NCBI GenBank assembly: GCA_024704765.1
Contig: JAKMXF010000177.1
Span: forward strand, 696,526-760,525
Source of the DNA: Oopsacas minuta
Taxonomy: Eukaryota; Animalia; Porifera
Reading direction: 5' to 3'
Length of the DNA: 64,000 nucleotides
Shown here: positions 35,816-48,018 of the stretch, in pieces
Layout: each line of letters starts with the position of its first letter
How positions within the stretch are numbered: the stretch's first letter is position 1
The notes under the pieces: generated by a model
Told to the model about the DNA's origin: nothing
Database searches by the model: none
The model's input: the letters and a program-made list of their open reading frames with translations, nothing else
Position numbers and translations under genes: made by a program

Positions 35816-36828
35816 TCATCGAAGTAGTAAAATGTAAAAAGATTCGTAAAGTAAGTCCTAATGATTTAGCTATTTATTGGTTCATTTTAGGTGTACCAGG
35901 CAGAGATTCCTGTATCAGAGGATATACCCCAGAAGTAGAGCTAACTTTATGAGATATATTCAGACTACCGTCTATATACCGCTTTAGGTTGCTGGTTAGA
36001 ACAATTCTATTAAACAATTGTGATTTGGATAATTTAGTTATTTAAATATTTATTCTGATTAAAGTAATACAATCTTTCTTAGCGATGGGATCAATTCAAA
36101 AATAGAAAAACGGTGAGGAAAACAAGAATTAATCAGTGAGAAATTCGGCTCTCGAAGATTATTTTTTCTCATTTTTGCTATACACTGCAAGACCAAAAGT
36201 ATTGAGACACTGTATCCTTTCAGCACAAGTAGCAAAAACACGGCGAGGATACTTTGTAAGATTCTATGGATATAGTAGACAGTAAAACAATAGCTAATTA
36301 TTTGTTATTTACGATTTATGTATTTATGTCAGTTACAAATCATCTTCAGTCTATAAACTAAGGTGGTATGCCTTTTGTACGAGGTATCAATTGTGACAAG
36401 GTGTTCCGATACTTTTGGAAATTGATTTAATTTGAACTAGCGTAAGCATATAATCTAATATGCAATATTCAATCCTGAATCTCGGGATAGCAAATGCTAC
36501 CAGAACCAGGCTTTTATCCAGGAGCCCACGCGCGCCTACAGGCACGTATTTACAAAAAATTTGTATAGTTAGTAGCAAGAAATTTTGAGAGTTAGGCGCG
36601 ATGTATACACCTAATTCCGACGAATAATGTAATGGGTTACGTAACAATCATAAGGACAGAGAGACACTGAATAAAGATAAATATACAATGTTACTTCAAT
36701 AGTTAATTATTTATGGTGAAAGATTCTAGATGACACCTCTGGAATGTAGTATTAACCATATTATATGTAACGGATGTATGGTTCGCTCAAAATCTAAGTT
36801 CGATGCTTCGAAATTCAAATACTCTAGG
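35700..36828. repeat. Segmental duplication, inverted copy of about 62870-64000
   Basis: Long near-identical reverse-complement match, also visible as near-identical ORF translations 36387-36647(-) and 63059-63319(+). Confidence 0.92.
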
Positions 36829-38190
36829 AAAGTATGGGGAATTATCATTTACATCTAAAACGATAAGAATTACATTAGCGAGTGAATACTTGCGATATTC
36901 AGCAGCTGCTAGATCATTAGCTTGAACTTGAAATATAATACCATCTCTATACAACTCATTATCTAACGCACTCAATAGCGTAATACTACCATTATTCGTA
37001 TTAATATGTAGAAATGTGTAATCAGTTAGAATCAAATATTCAACTTGTCCGAGGATGCCTTCATCTAGATCAACAGCTGTTACAGATAAGATAGTATCAG
37101 AATACAGTATATTCTCTTGAATATATACAGTATAGTTATCAGGTGAGGTAAATACAGGAGGGTATGTATTAGTGGGTGTGATGTATACCATAATATCAGC
37201 TGTTGATGATAATGGCATTAAACCGAAATCTGTAGCTCTTACAGTTATACTATACATATCATCAGCTCCAGTTAATGTCCTTTGAGTGTAATAGCGCCAA
37301 AACTTGATTCTACTTTAAAATAATCAGCTGATTGAAACATTATAGAATACACAACCACACTATTGGAAGCAAAATCTATATCAACAGCCAGTACAGTCAA
37401 GATAATAGAGTTAACTGGTGTATCTTCTTCCCAATTACTATGTAATTATATTCAGTGAATATAGGAGGATTATCATTCACGACATCAATATTGATCACAA
37501 GAGTAACTAAAGCAGTATTACCTGGAAAGCCGTGATCAACAGCTGATATTTGTATTGTATAATAAGCATTCATTTCTCTGTATAAGAGATTGTGTACTGA
37601 CACGACTCCAGATAGGGGGTCAACAACAAAATCACCCGGGGGGAATATAATAACGAATCTGGCTATTGAGACCTATGTCTATATCAGTAGCAATGAACTG
37701 GGCTATGCTTGTAGTAACTGGTGTATTCTCAGGGAGAGATTTGTATTGGTGATTAGTAGTGAATATTGGAAAATTATCATTAATATCCAGTATGGTAATT
37801 GATACATTAGTGTATGCTGTGTAGCGTATAGGACCTCCAGGTGCATCTACTGCGGAAATTGTTATTAAAATAGAGGATACGTCAACCTCACGATCGAAAA
37901 AACCAAAAACTATCACTCCACCGTTATCATCAAGTCTAAAACGACTATCTACTTCAACTACACTATATGTAGTTACACCATCAATACCATTATTTGCATC
38001 AGTAGCTTCTACAAGCCCTATCATTGTGTTACCAGGTGAATTCTCTTCGAAAGTAAATGTGTAGTTATTTTGTTGGAATTGAGGTTCATATTCATTGATA
38101 CCAGTTATAGAAATGAAGCAGGTTAGTACTTCAGAGGTTAGACTTGGGAACTTTATCTTTCGCACTTAGGTATATAATATGAGATTCTAC
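36829..38190 (-). pseudogene. Cadherin-repeat gene fragment (different repeats from 9856-11807)
   Basis: GINEYEPQF, ATDAN.G.DG, FDRE, LDINDNFP, VVNDNPP, LDVNDNSP. Frameshifts. Truncated at both ends. Confidence 0.85.
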
Positions 38191-38194
38191 AGAC

Positions 38195-38930
38195 ACGAAA
38201 TATTGTTGCTTCCTCTGTGAGTGGGATAGTAGAGTCAGGCAATCCCACTATATAGTTAAGGAGTGGCCTCTACGACATCAATTAATTGCTGGTATAAAGA
38301 GTGTAAGTTGTCAGTCCTTAGTAATCCTGAGAAAATTCTATTACTACCTCTACAAATAAAACTGGGTTTGATGAAAAACATTGTAAAGGCGATGATAAAA
38401 TATAATAAAGAAGGAGAAGGTTTCAAATACCTCAAGGACAAATTTCCAAAGGTCAGCGATGTTAAAATCAAGGAAGGGCTATTTATAGGTCCACAAATTA
38501 GAGAACTATTCAAGGATCTAAACTTCGAAGCAGATCTAAATTCTGTCGAGAAAATTCATTCAAATATTTAAATGAGAACTTTTAGGAACTAAGAAATCAC
38601 CAAATTATGAAGAAATTGTAGTGACACTACTTGATGCATTCAGAACAATAGGATGTAATATGTCTCTAAAAATACACTTTCTTCACTCACATTTGCAATT
38701 CTTTTTCTTGAAAATCTATGTGCTGTGAGTGATGAACATGGTGAAAGACATCATCAAGATAAAAGCACAATGGAAAGTCGTTATAATGGAAAATTCTCTC
38801 CAAACATAATGATTGATTATTGTTGGTCACAAGAAGAGATATTCCTGATGCAATACACAAAAGAAAATCACATTCCAATCATTTCTAAATTAGTAAAATA
38901 AATGCAAACTAATTGAAATTTTCATTGTAA
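38195..38930 (+). mobile_element. Chapaev3-like transposase, C-terminal part
   Basis: KYCCFLCEWDSR, PLQIKLGLMKNIVKA, GCNMSLKIHFLHSH, AVSDEHGERHHQD...RYNGK. About 90% similar by eye to 34240-34620 in reverse. Confidence 0.8.
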
Positions 38931-38989
38931 CTAAGTGATAAGTATGCATATGATTAGCCAAACTAAAGAGAGATATTAATAGAAATAAA

Positions 38990-40856
38990 CCGGGGGAATG
39001 ATAAGCCAAAATATTACACACAAGTTCTTCAATAAATATACACAAAAGCAGCAGGCTTAACTGGAGGAGAGAAAGAGGAGAGATGTATTCGTCACCTTTT
39101 GAAGGTGCTGTGCGATGAAGGTCTATGAAGGTTTCAAAAAACGCAGGTAGTGTGTCTGTAGACAGTTAGTACTCTATGATAATCCGTGCGGACAGACACG
39201 TTAGTTTCAACGGGTAATACGATATTAGTTCTAAATATTGTGAGGAAAATTTGCTGACACACGATTCTATAGAAGTTTGATTTGAGGGAGTCACAGAGCC
39301 TAAATGTGATCCAGCTTGTATTAACGCGGGGATAATAGAATCAGGAACAGTTTCCAACATTCACGCGAAATGTAACGCGGTTAAACCATCCTTATCTCAC
39401 ACCTCGAACATATCTGGAGTAGATACAGCAATGAATGCGTTCAGTACATTTTCATGTTTAAGAAAATACTCTGATTTCATGATAGAATGGTAAATTGGTT
39501 CATTTCTCGTCAATAGATGGAATAATAGCTGCAGTGCTTCCAATATCACAGGATTTCTATTCCCCTTCGCTGCATCTATCATAACTGGAGCCAGTCCCCC
39601 TTGATTCGCTATACTAATATTAGCGCCATTATTTAATAGACATATTATGACTTCAACTCTATTATTGTAAGACGCGGCGCTAAGCGGAGTAGAATTGGTT
39701 GCGCTTGTGTGATTAATAGACGCCCCGGCTTATAGAAGTTCTCTTACAATAGCGATATGTGCACCTATAAGAAAACAGAAGTAAACAAAGGTAAATAACT
39801 AATATTTGAAGTTTATACCTAATGCAGCACACCATAAGGCTGTTACCCCTCTAATCTCATGTACTGCGTGATTAGATTTAACAGTCATTGTGTAATCCAG
39901 TTTCAAAACTTCTTCAAATTTCTTCAGGATATAGCTTACTATATTATAATGACGTTCCTTAGCAGCTGGAATTAACGGGGACCCCTTATTTCCCTCAGGT
40001 TGGAATATTTTCTCTGGATCTGGATTCTCTAGTAAAGTTGTTAGTTGAGAGCTAAATTCTGGATATTTCTCTTTTGCTGCGGAATCCAATAATTCTTTGT
40101 GACAATTCATCTGAGCATGTTGATGACGTTGTTGTGAGAGGTTGAAGATGCCTACTTGCCATTTCTAATTGAAAGTTCTACAAGCAAAATAACCAATTTT
40201 GTAAATATTCAGTATATAGAATACGATAGAGAAGTTTCTCAAACCAAATATCAAGAAAAGCTAATATCTGATTCAAACACTTACGATAAGAAACGTTCGT
40301 ATTAGCTTCTATCCCTTGCACCAAAACAGCATATCTTGTGTAAATTCACGTGAAATAATCACCAAACCTTTCCATTGTCATCACATCTGTACTGAACGCT
40401 GCCAATTGTGTATTTACCTCATTCATGAGCACGTTAAATTCAATGATTGATGTTCGTGTCACCATCCAACTTTTCTTTACCACAGCTTGTAATAGCTGAT
40501 GCAATAACTCACAGCATCTCAGATAATTCAGAGAACCTTCACTATACAAATGATTGGTCAATCTCATCTTAAGATCACTAGATGTCTTGTACAATGGCCC
40601 GAATACCCTCTCGATTATTAGTACACACTGAATGAGGTAGTTTTTCTTGGTAATATTATATCTGTTACTTGTCTCATTTCTTGTACACCCTCATACAAAT
40701 CTACAGCTGGCTTTCCGGGATAACTTAAATTGTGTCTCTCTCTCAATTCAAGTGCTTTTCTCCAAACTTGAGCTACTTTTGAAGAAGGATACTCCCAGAC
40801 TATCTCTATCCCTCTGACTGACCACAAATCAACTTCACATTCAGGAGTATATTCAG
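38990..40856 (-). pseudogene. FEM1-like gene, copy 4 (scrambled)
   Basis: C-terminus (38990-39560) is fused directly to N-terminal ankyrins (39560-40180, intron 39765-39818). The missing middle part lies upstream at 40234-40856. Confidence 0.8.
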
Positions 40857-42882
40857 TGAGATTAGAGGGGCAACAGCCTTATGGCATGCGGCATTAGATA
40901 CCAACTTCAAATATTAGTCATTTACCTTTGTTTACTTCTGTTTTCTTATAGGTGGTAATGTCAATATTGTTAGAGAACTTCTAGAAGCCGGTGCGAATAT
41001 TAACCACTCAACGCAACAAATTCTACTCCGCTTAGAGCCGCGTCTTATCATAATAGAGAGGAAGTTAAAATGTGTTTGTTGAATAAGGGAGCTGATGTTA
41101 GTACAGCTAATCAAGTGGGACAGGCTCCTGCCGTGATAGCTGTATTCAGATTGAATGAAGATGCTCTTAGATTACTCGGTATCATATAGATAATTTACAG
41201 TAGGAATATTTATACGATTTCTATACGTACAGTTAACTCACGTTATATCGAAGACGGAAATATCGAAATACCCGCTTATATCGATATGTGTAATTTTACA
41301 AATATTGTCTCGAACCGTCAAAGTAACATAAATTACACCAGTCATATTGAAGAAATTATCACGATCCCTTGTGCTTCGAATATTGGGAGTTGACTGTATT
41401 ATACTTTAATATTAGTTACCATATATTTGTATACAGATACCTGTGGCAAAGCTGAGCTCAGTCAGACAGTAGCTGCAGGAATAGACGCACTACACGTAAC
41501 AATAGAGCAAAAGCCCCAGAATATATTCAATCTATTAATCGACCTCGGAGCTGAAATAATCTGGCCATGTAGAGCCCAGTCTCCATCTCCTCCTATACCC
41601 TACTACGCAGTGCCAGAGGTGCATCAACTCCCATACCATTTATTTGTAGCTGCCAAATGTGACAATGAATATGCGGTGAATTATCTCAGTAAGCAGCCTG
41701 ATGTACTCCTGGATTTGAAGTTGACATGTGGCTAGTCGGAGGGATAGAGGGATTCTGGGATTATCATTATTCAAAAGTAGCTCAAGTTTGGACCAAAGCA
41801 CTTGAATTGAGAGAGAGACACAATTTAAGTTATCCCGGGAAGCCAGCTGTAGATTTGTATGAGGGTGTACAAGAAGTGAGACAAGTAACATATTTATAAT
41901 ATTACCAAGAAAAACTACCTCATTCAGTGTGTACTAATAATCGAGAGGGTATTCGGGCCATTGTACAAGACATCTAGTGATCTTAAGATGAGATTGACCA
42001 ATCATTTGTATAGTGAAGGTTCTCTGAATTATCTGAGATGCTGTGAGTTATTGCATCAGCTATTACAAGCTGTGGTAAAGAAAAGTTGGATGGTGACACG
42101 AACATCAATCATTGAATTTAACGTGCTCATGAATGAGGTAAATACACAATTGGCAGCGTTCAGTACAGATGTGATGACAATGGAAAGGTTTGGTGATTAT
42201 TTCACGTGTATTTACACAAGATATGCTGTTTTGGTGCAAGGGATAGAAGCTAATACGAACGTTTCATATCGTAAGTGTTTGAATCAGATATTAGCTTTTC
42301 TTGATATTTGGTTTGAGAAATTTCCATCTCTCACCACAGTCGAGTCAGCCATCTATAGAAATCGTTTGATATTGGAAGCACCGCAGGCTATATCTCATCC
42401 ACTAACAAAAGATGAGCCTATGTTCCATTCTATCATGAAGTCAAAGAATGTTGTTCGACATGAGTGCATTGAACGCATTCATTTCTGCAGCAGCCCTAGA
42501 TCTGCTAGGGGCAACAGATAAGGACGGTTTAACCGCATTACATTTGGCGTGTATGTTGGAAACTGTTACTGATTCTGTTATCCCCGCGTTAATACAAGCT
42601 GTGTCACATTTAGACTCTGTTACTCCATCAAATCAAACTTCTATAGAATCGTGTGTCAGCAAATTTTCCCCACAATGTTTAGAACTAATATCGTATTACC
42701 CGTTGATACTAACGTGTCTGTCCGCACGGATTATCGTAGAGTACCAACTGTCTACAGAAACACTACCAGCGTTATTCACACATTTATTGACCTTCTACGC
42801 AAACCACCTCCCCAAATTGACGAATATATCTCTCTTTCTCTCTCCTCCAGTTAAGCCTGCTGCTTTTGTGTATATTTATTAA
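40857..42882 (+). pseudogene. FEM1-like gene, copy 5 (opposite strand, 5'-truncated)
   Basis: Starts at EIRGATALWHAA. Intron-1 donor mutated GT>AT (40898). Intron 41179-41436. Frameshifts. Ends with DGLTALHLAC and YPLILTCLSARII. Confidence 0.82.
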
Positions 42883-42939
42883 AGAACTTATGTTAATATT
42901 TCTAAATGCTCTATTATATTTTGGGGTGGTAATGACTGC

Positions 42940-45640
42940 AGTACTTGTGAATTTTCCAGCTGTTTGGATGGTGGAACTGCCAATTCAACTTGTAATGGCT
43001 GCAATTGTATAACTCACGGGGAGGATTTGATTGCTCAGTTTCTGGCATAACATGCGAAAAGGAAGGCTTTCACAACACGATTTGTATTGGATGTGATTGT
43101 GTAGAATATTGGGAGGATTCTAGTTGTAGTACCTGTGGGCTGGACTGCAAACATGGTACTAGTCCATATTCAAATTGCACTGGGTATCAATGTCCTCGTA
43201 CACTGACAGGTGACTTATGTGATCAGGAAGCAGACATATGTTCTAGTGATCCGTGTGGAACTAGTAGCAATTGTACTGACCTTACCCATCCAAATACATA
43301 CGAGTGTGACTGTGATCCAGCGTACATATTAATTGACCAAGTATACCCTGTGTGTGTGTGTTGTTGATGATGCATGCGACCCTAATCCTTGTGACCCTCA
43401 ATTTTCCATAGATTGTCTTAATGTACCTCCACATGATTATATTTGTAATTGTGTACAGTGGAAGCCGCTTAATCGGGACAGCTCGGGAGTCAATGTTTTG
43501 TCCCGATTAACCGATTGTCCTGTTTAACTGATTATGATTATTGAAGTATTCAAGACTAGTTTTTCATTGCCACATGACCAGAAGTATCCTAGTTCTCTCT
43601 TACTAATCCTGATTTATCTAGGTTTAGTAGAGATTTGGTTGTAGTATGAGTATATTTCCGCTTCAAGAGGTCATAGAATGCGTTACGATATATACTTTAA
43701 AAGTAAGAAAATATAGTTTAAATAATTATGCATGTGCTTATTACCGCAACCCATGCAAAACGTTTGGATATCCAACAGTGTGGTCATTATTGAGGGAATT
43801 ATACACGGTGGAATAGCCAATGGAACCTGAGACGAGTGAGCAATGTTAATAATCTTAGTTTAGTAAATGGTAATCGCGTCTGTGTTGTATTGTTATAGTT
43901 GTAGATAATATTCCAATTCTTAGTTTTACAACAAACCATTTTACAATAATTCTGAATAAATATACAATCGTTAAATCGGGATAAGAAATACCAATTAAGC
44001 GAATAAAATTAATATCCGATTAATCGGGATAAGAAATCCTGAATAACCGATTATGACCTACAAATATTCGGGTAATGGGATAAACAATCCCGATTAACCG
44101 ATTCGATGTCCCAATTATTCGACGATTTTTCTATGTAAAAAATCTGTTCCCAAACCATTGTCCCGTTTAAGCAGATATCCTGATTAAGCGGCTTCCACTG
44201 TACCTGATATCACTGCTAAGAACTGCAGTGAGGTGATTGACAATTGTATACCTGATCCTTGTGTAAATGGAGTATGTATATGCGGTAACGCTACATACAT
44301 ATGTGAATGTACAAACTCATTTCAAGGTATGGATTGTGACGTATGCAACTTGACATGTGGTATAGGAAGCGTATTGAATAGTGATACATGCGAGTGTGAT
44401 TTTACGAGGATTCCATGTGGAAGTACTTCCTGCGACCTGATCACTGAGGTTTGTGACGTAGATCACTGTATTTGTAACAGGCCTACTTTCGCTGAAGGAA
44501 TTGAACCTGGGCCTTGTTTTGAAAACGATGAATGTCTTGTTTTTCCATGTCACGAGGATACAATCTGTACCAATGCATATGGCAGCTATACTTGTGTGTG
44601 TAAACAAGGTTTCATAGGTGATGGCATTGACTGTACAGCATAATTGAGTGTAGTTTCTATTACCCAGCATGTGGGCAGTATCCAGCTGTTTGTATGAATA
44701 TTGTAGGTGGATTTAATTGTGTTTGTCCCACTGGATATTCCTCGAATAATCTCACACAACCTTCTTACTGCTATACCGAGGATTGTAAGGAGAAAATGTG
44801 TGTGGATATCAATGAGTGTGCTACACCTGATTTATGCGGAGCGAACCAAAAGTGTGAAACATCCTAGGTGGATATTTCTGCGAATGTTTACATGGGTTAG
44901 TTCCAACTGGATCAGATTGTACACCGTCTATAGATGGGCTGAAATGTTCTAGTACGCCTGATACCACTGGGAGTGTATATCCACATACGCCCATTGGTAT
45001 AACCACTTTTAAGCAATGCCCTAATACTTTGTATGGGGTAATTTCACGTACTTGTATTCCACTCATGTGAGTGCACAGCTGATCAGCCAGCATGGGGATA
45101 CAGCAATGTAGATGAGTGAGTTAGTCAATACGTATTTGAATAAATGAACCAATTACGGAGGTTGAGTATTAGGGAATTGACGGAAGAAAATATCTTAGTG
45201 AATGCTATTAATGAAGTTTGGAGGTTAGCTGATGTTTCATTTCTATTGGGGAATGATTTGGAAATTGCTACAATATTTATTCATGAAGTGGAACTTGTTA
45301 TTCGTGATTGGCCCACTTCTATCTACAAAATATGAATGACGTCACTGCAGATGGTATGGTTAACTTCGATTATTTTCCTCCATTTCGGTGTTTTACCTTT
45401 ACTCGTTTTATATGAAACCTTCAATTCCACTAACGCATGCCATCACTCTATCAGAGTTGAGTTATCAGACATACAACACTCTCCTTACACACAATTCGAT
45501 ACAGTTAAAGTATATATTGGGATTATTCATTATATCTGATCTATCTGATTATACTAATTGGGAATTGAGTATAGGTTCATTCGTATTTCAAACTTATACT
45601 AGTGGAATCAGCTTAATTGTATTTGAAGCGAGTCCTGAAT
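42940..45640 (+). pseudogene. EGF/HormR receptor gene, copy B (inverted paralogue of about 3150-5120)
   Basis: Collinear reverse-complement match to copy A. Interrupted by a MITE. Lacks both the 5' end and the TM/tail. Confidence 0.85.
43456..44200. mobile_element. Tc1/pogo (Tigger-like) non-autonomous element, 745 bp
   Basis: Perfect TIRs CAGTGGAAGCCGCTTAATC / GATTAAGCGGCTTCCACTG. TA TSD. The empty site (TGTGTACCTGAT) is visible in copy A at about 4585. Confidence 0.95.
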
Positions 45641-45748
45641 CAAATATAGCAGCTAATGCGGAAATTTCTTATACTATTACAGATAATTATTATATCTCTA
45701 TTGATGAAAGTAGTGGTGTTGTAACCCTTGTTAATTTATTTGATTATA
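45640..45748 (+). pseudogene. Cadherin fragment fused in frame to EGF-receptor copy B
   Basis: Matches about 11050-11155 in reverse. ORF 45388-45771 reads ...FEASPESN|IAANAEISYTITDNYY... Confidence 0.85.
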
Positions 45749-46969
45749 CACTACGTAACAAATATTTATGAAATTTTTGTTTGGCTTGATATTTTGATGG
45801 TTTATGGATAATTTTGAGGCGCTGATTCCGAAAATGCAATTAGTTTTTTTCTATCATCGATCGTTAACTTTCAGGAAGCCTATTTATATGAGCAGGTTAC
45901 ACGCTTAGCCAACCCAGCAAAACGTACCTCACGATCAAAATCTTTTGTGCTATAACAATAAAGATAACAAACATTTTGCACTCCCTTCACTGTCTCTTGT
46001 CTTTTTATGCTCTGGGAGACACTTAAAGTGTCTGCGAATGCACAGCTTAAACAGCATCAGATTTCCAGGCTGGAGTAGGATTACAAAACTTAGAAATTAC
46101 GTTCTTGTGTATAGTTTATTTGCTATCCAGTACCTTCACTTGGAAAGTATTTACTTACATCAATAGTATAAGCTACCAGCAGCTAGTATAAGCATCAGTA
46201 TAACTGACTTTAGCAGAGAAGGCAGAAACAACTTGCTGGTTGTTCTTACGTTAAGTTAGTGTTTTTCAAATTTAGAAATTGCAATGGCTAGTAGACAATG
46301 CAAGAATTCACCTGACTCATTTTGCTATGCTTGTGGATATTATGTTGGTGGCAAACATGTTTCAAATAAAATATCAAAAGAAGCTAGTATTGGGAAGCGT
46401 ATAGACTGTATTTTGGGATGTCCATTGAGGACCAGGAAAAGGCCTGGGCCCCACATGTAATTTGTGGCAGCTGTCGATCTAATCTTGAAAGTTGGTTGAG
46501 GGGTTCCGCTAGAGTTGTGCCATTTGCTATTCCAAGAGTTTGGAGAGAACCACAAAACCATCATGATGATTGTTACTTTTGTATGATAAATATTGCTAGT
46601 ACCTCAATGTTAAGGGAAGAAGAGCACTGACTTATCCAAGTATACCTTCATCCATTGCACCTATTCCTCACAGTGAAACTTTACCAGTTCCAAAACAACC
46701 AGCAAATGTAAGTAGTTTCCAACGCTAGAAGTACCTATTGTATAGCTAATAAATATTTAAGATCTAAGAACAAGAGAATTATTACAGATGACGTATAGTG
46801 CTATAAAATGAATATTTTTCATTTAGATTCAGCAAAAAAAACTATAACCAATATACAAATTCTAGAAGAGTACGAAGGTGTAGAATATTTTCTCTTTCGA
46901 AAGGTGTGAAAATTTGGCACCTTTCCTTTCATAATTTTTGCTAGAGGCTTGACGAAATTTTGACCAGTG
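45749..46969 (+). mobile_element. Second-subfamily Chapaev3-like element (internally deleted)
   Basis: Starts CACTACGTAACAAAT. Candidate 3' end ...TTTTGACCAGTG at 46969. ORF remnants MASRQCKNSPDSFCYACG, WAPHVICGSC, WREPQNHHDDCYFC. Confidence 0.7.
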
Positions 46970-47000
46970 TGATTCAATTTTTAACGTAGCGGCTCGTTAT

Positions 47001-47413
47001 CAGGGTTTCATACAGGGGGTTGTAGGGGGGGGGGCAAGTGCCCACCCTGAGCCTTTAAGTGCCCCCTCGAAAAACCACTTAAACAAAGAAGTTTGAATAA
47101 ATTGATTTTATATAGAACAAAGAACAGCAAGTCTACCAACTTAAAAAAGAGTAGTTTAAGGCTAATCAGAGTATCCTAGTGACAGTTTGAGTACGTGCTG
47201 TTACCCGAAATTATATTGAGTGGCCATTATACACGGTTACACACTGTATAGCTACATATCCAGCAGGTAATTTCATGATCAACCAAGTATCACAGAAGAA
47301 GTAACCTTCTTTACAATAAAAATCGCAATAATAAGTTTTCCCTTGATGGATAAAGTGAGGAGATGTGATTTAGTACCTGCCCCCCTTGTATGCAATTCCT
47401 ATATGAAACTTTG
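47001..47413. mobile_element. MITE with CA...TG termini and apparent 5-bp TSD
   Basis: CAGGGTTTCATACAGG / CCTATATGAAACTTTG (13/16). G-rich/C-rich subterminal tracts. Flanks GTTAT on both sides. Confidence 0.65.
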
Positions 47414-48018
47414 GTTATCATTAAATTTCTATTTGTTAAGAATGAAGCGACAAGAGGGCCCATGGTTGGCGTCAATTTGAAATATGTGCAAAATGTGTGA
47501 AATATGATTAATCACCAAAAAGGTGTGAAATATTCATTTTAGATACAATTAATACCAGAGATGCAAATCTCCACGACCCAAAATGTATATGTATGCCAAT
47601 TTTCATGTTCATTCGACTGCTAGATTTCGCACGGCCGCGCGGACGGACATCGCACATCGTCCATGCCATTAAGGCATCTCCCTATAGGAGCTACACTCAA
47701 AATCACCAATGTTTTAGGTGCATAAAATTCTATGCATCTGATAATGGGCGAAGTAAGCTAGTTTCAATGTCTAGAATGTTTGTAATTTTAGGTCAAAAGC
47801 GGGTAAATATGACTAATCATTTAATAATGTAAAAATGTAATATAATTGAATTTTGAATTTGCCTAGAAATAACCCATTCTACATATTTATACAAGTGAAG
47901 AAAGAAGAAATTTAAACACATTTAGTCTGGTTTCAAATCTCAAAAAGTGAGCAGGAACAATAGTACTAACACCTCTAAATCTCAAGAAATGGAACCAGAA
48001 TAATAATAATAACACTAC

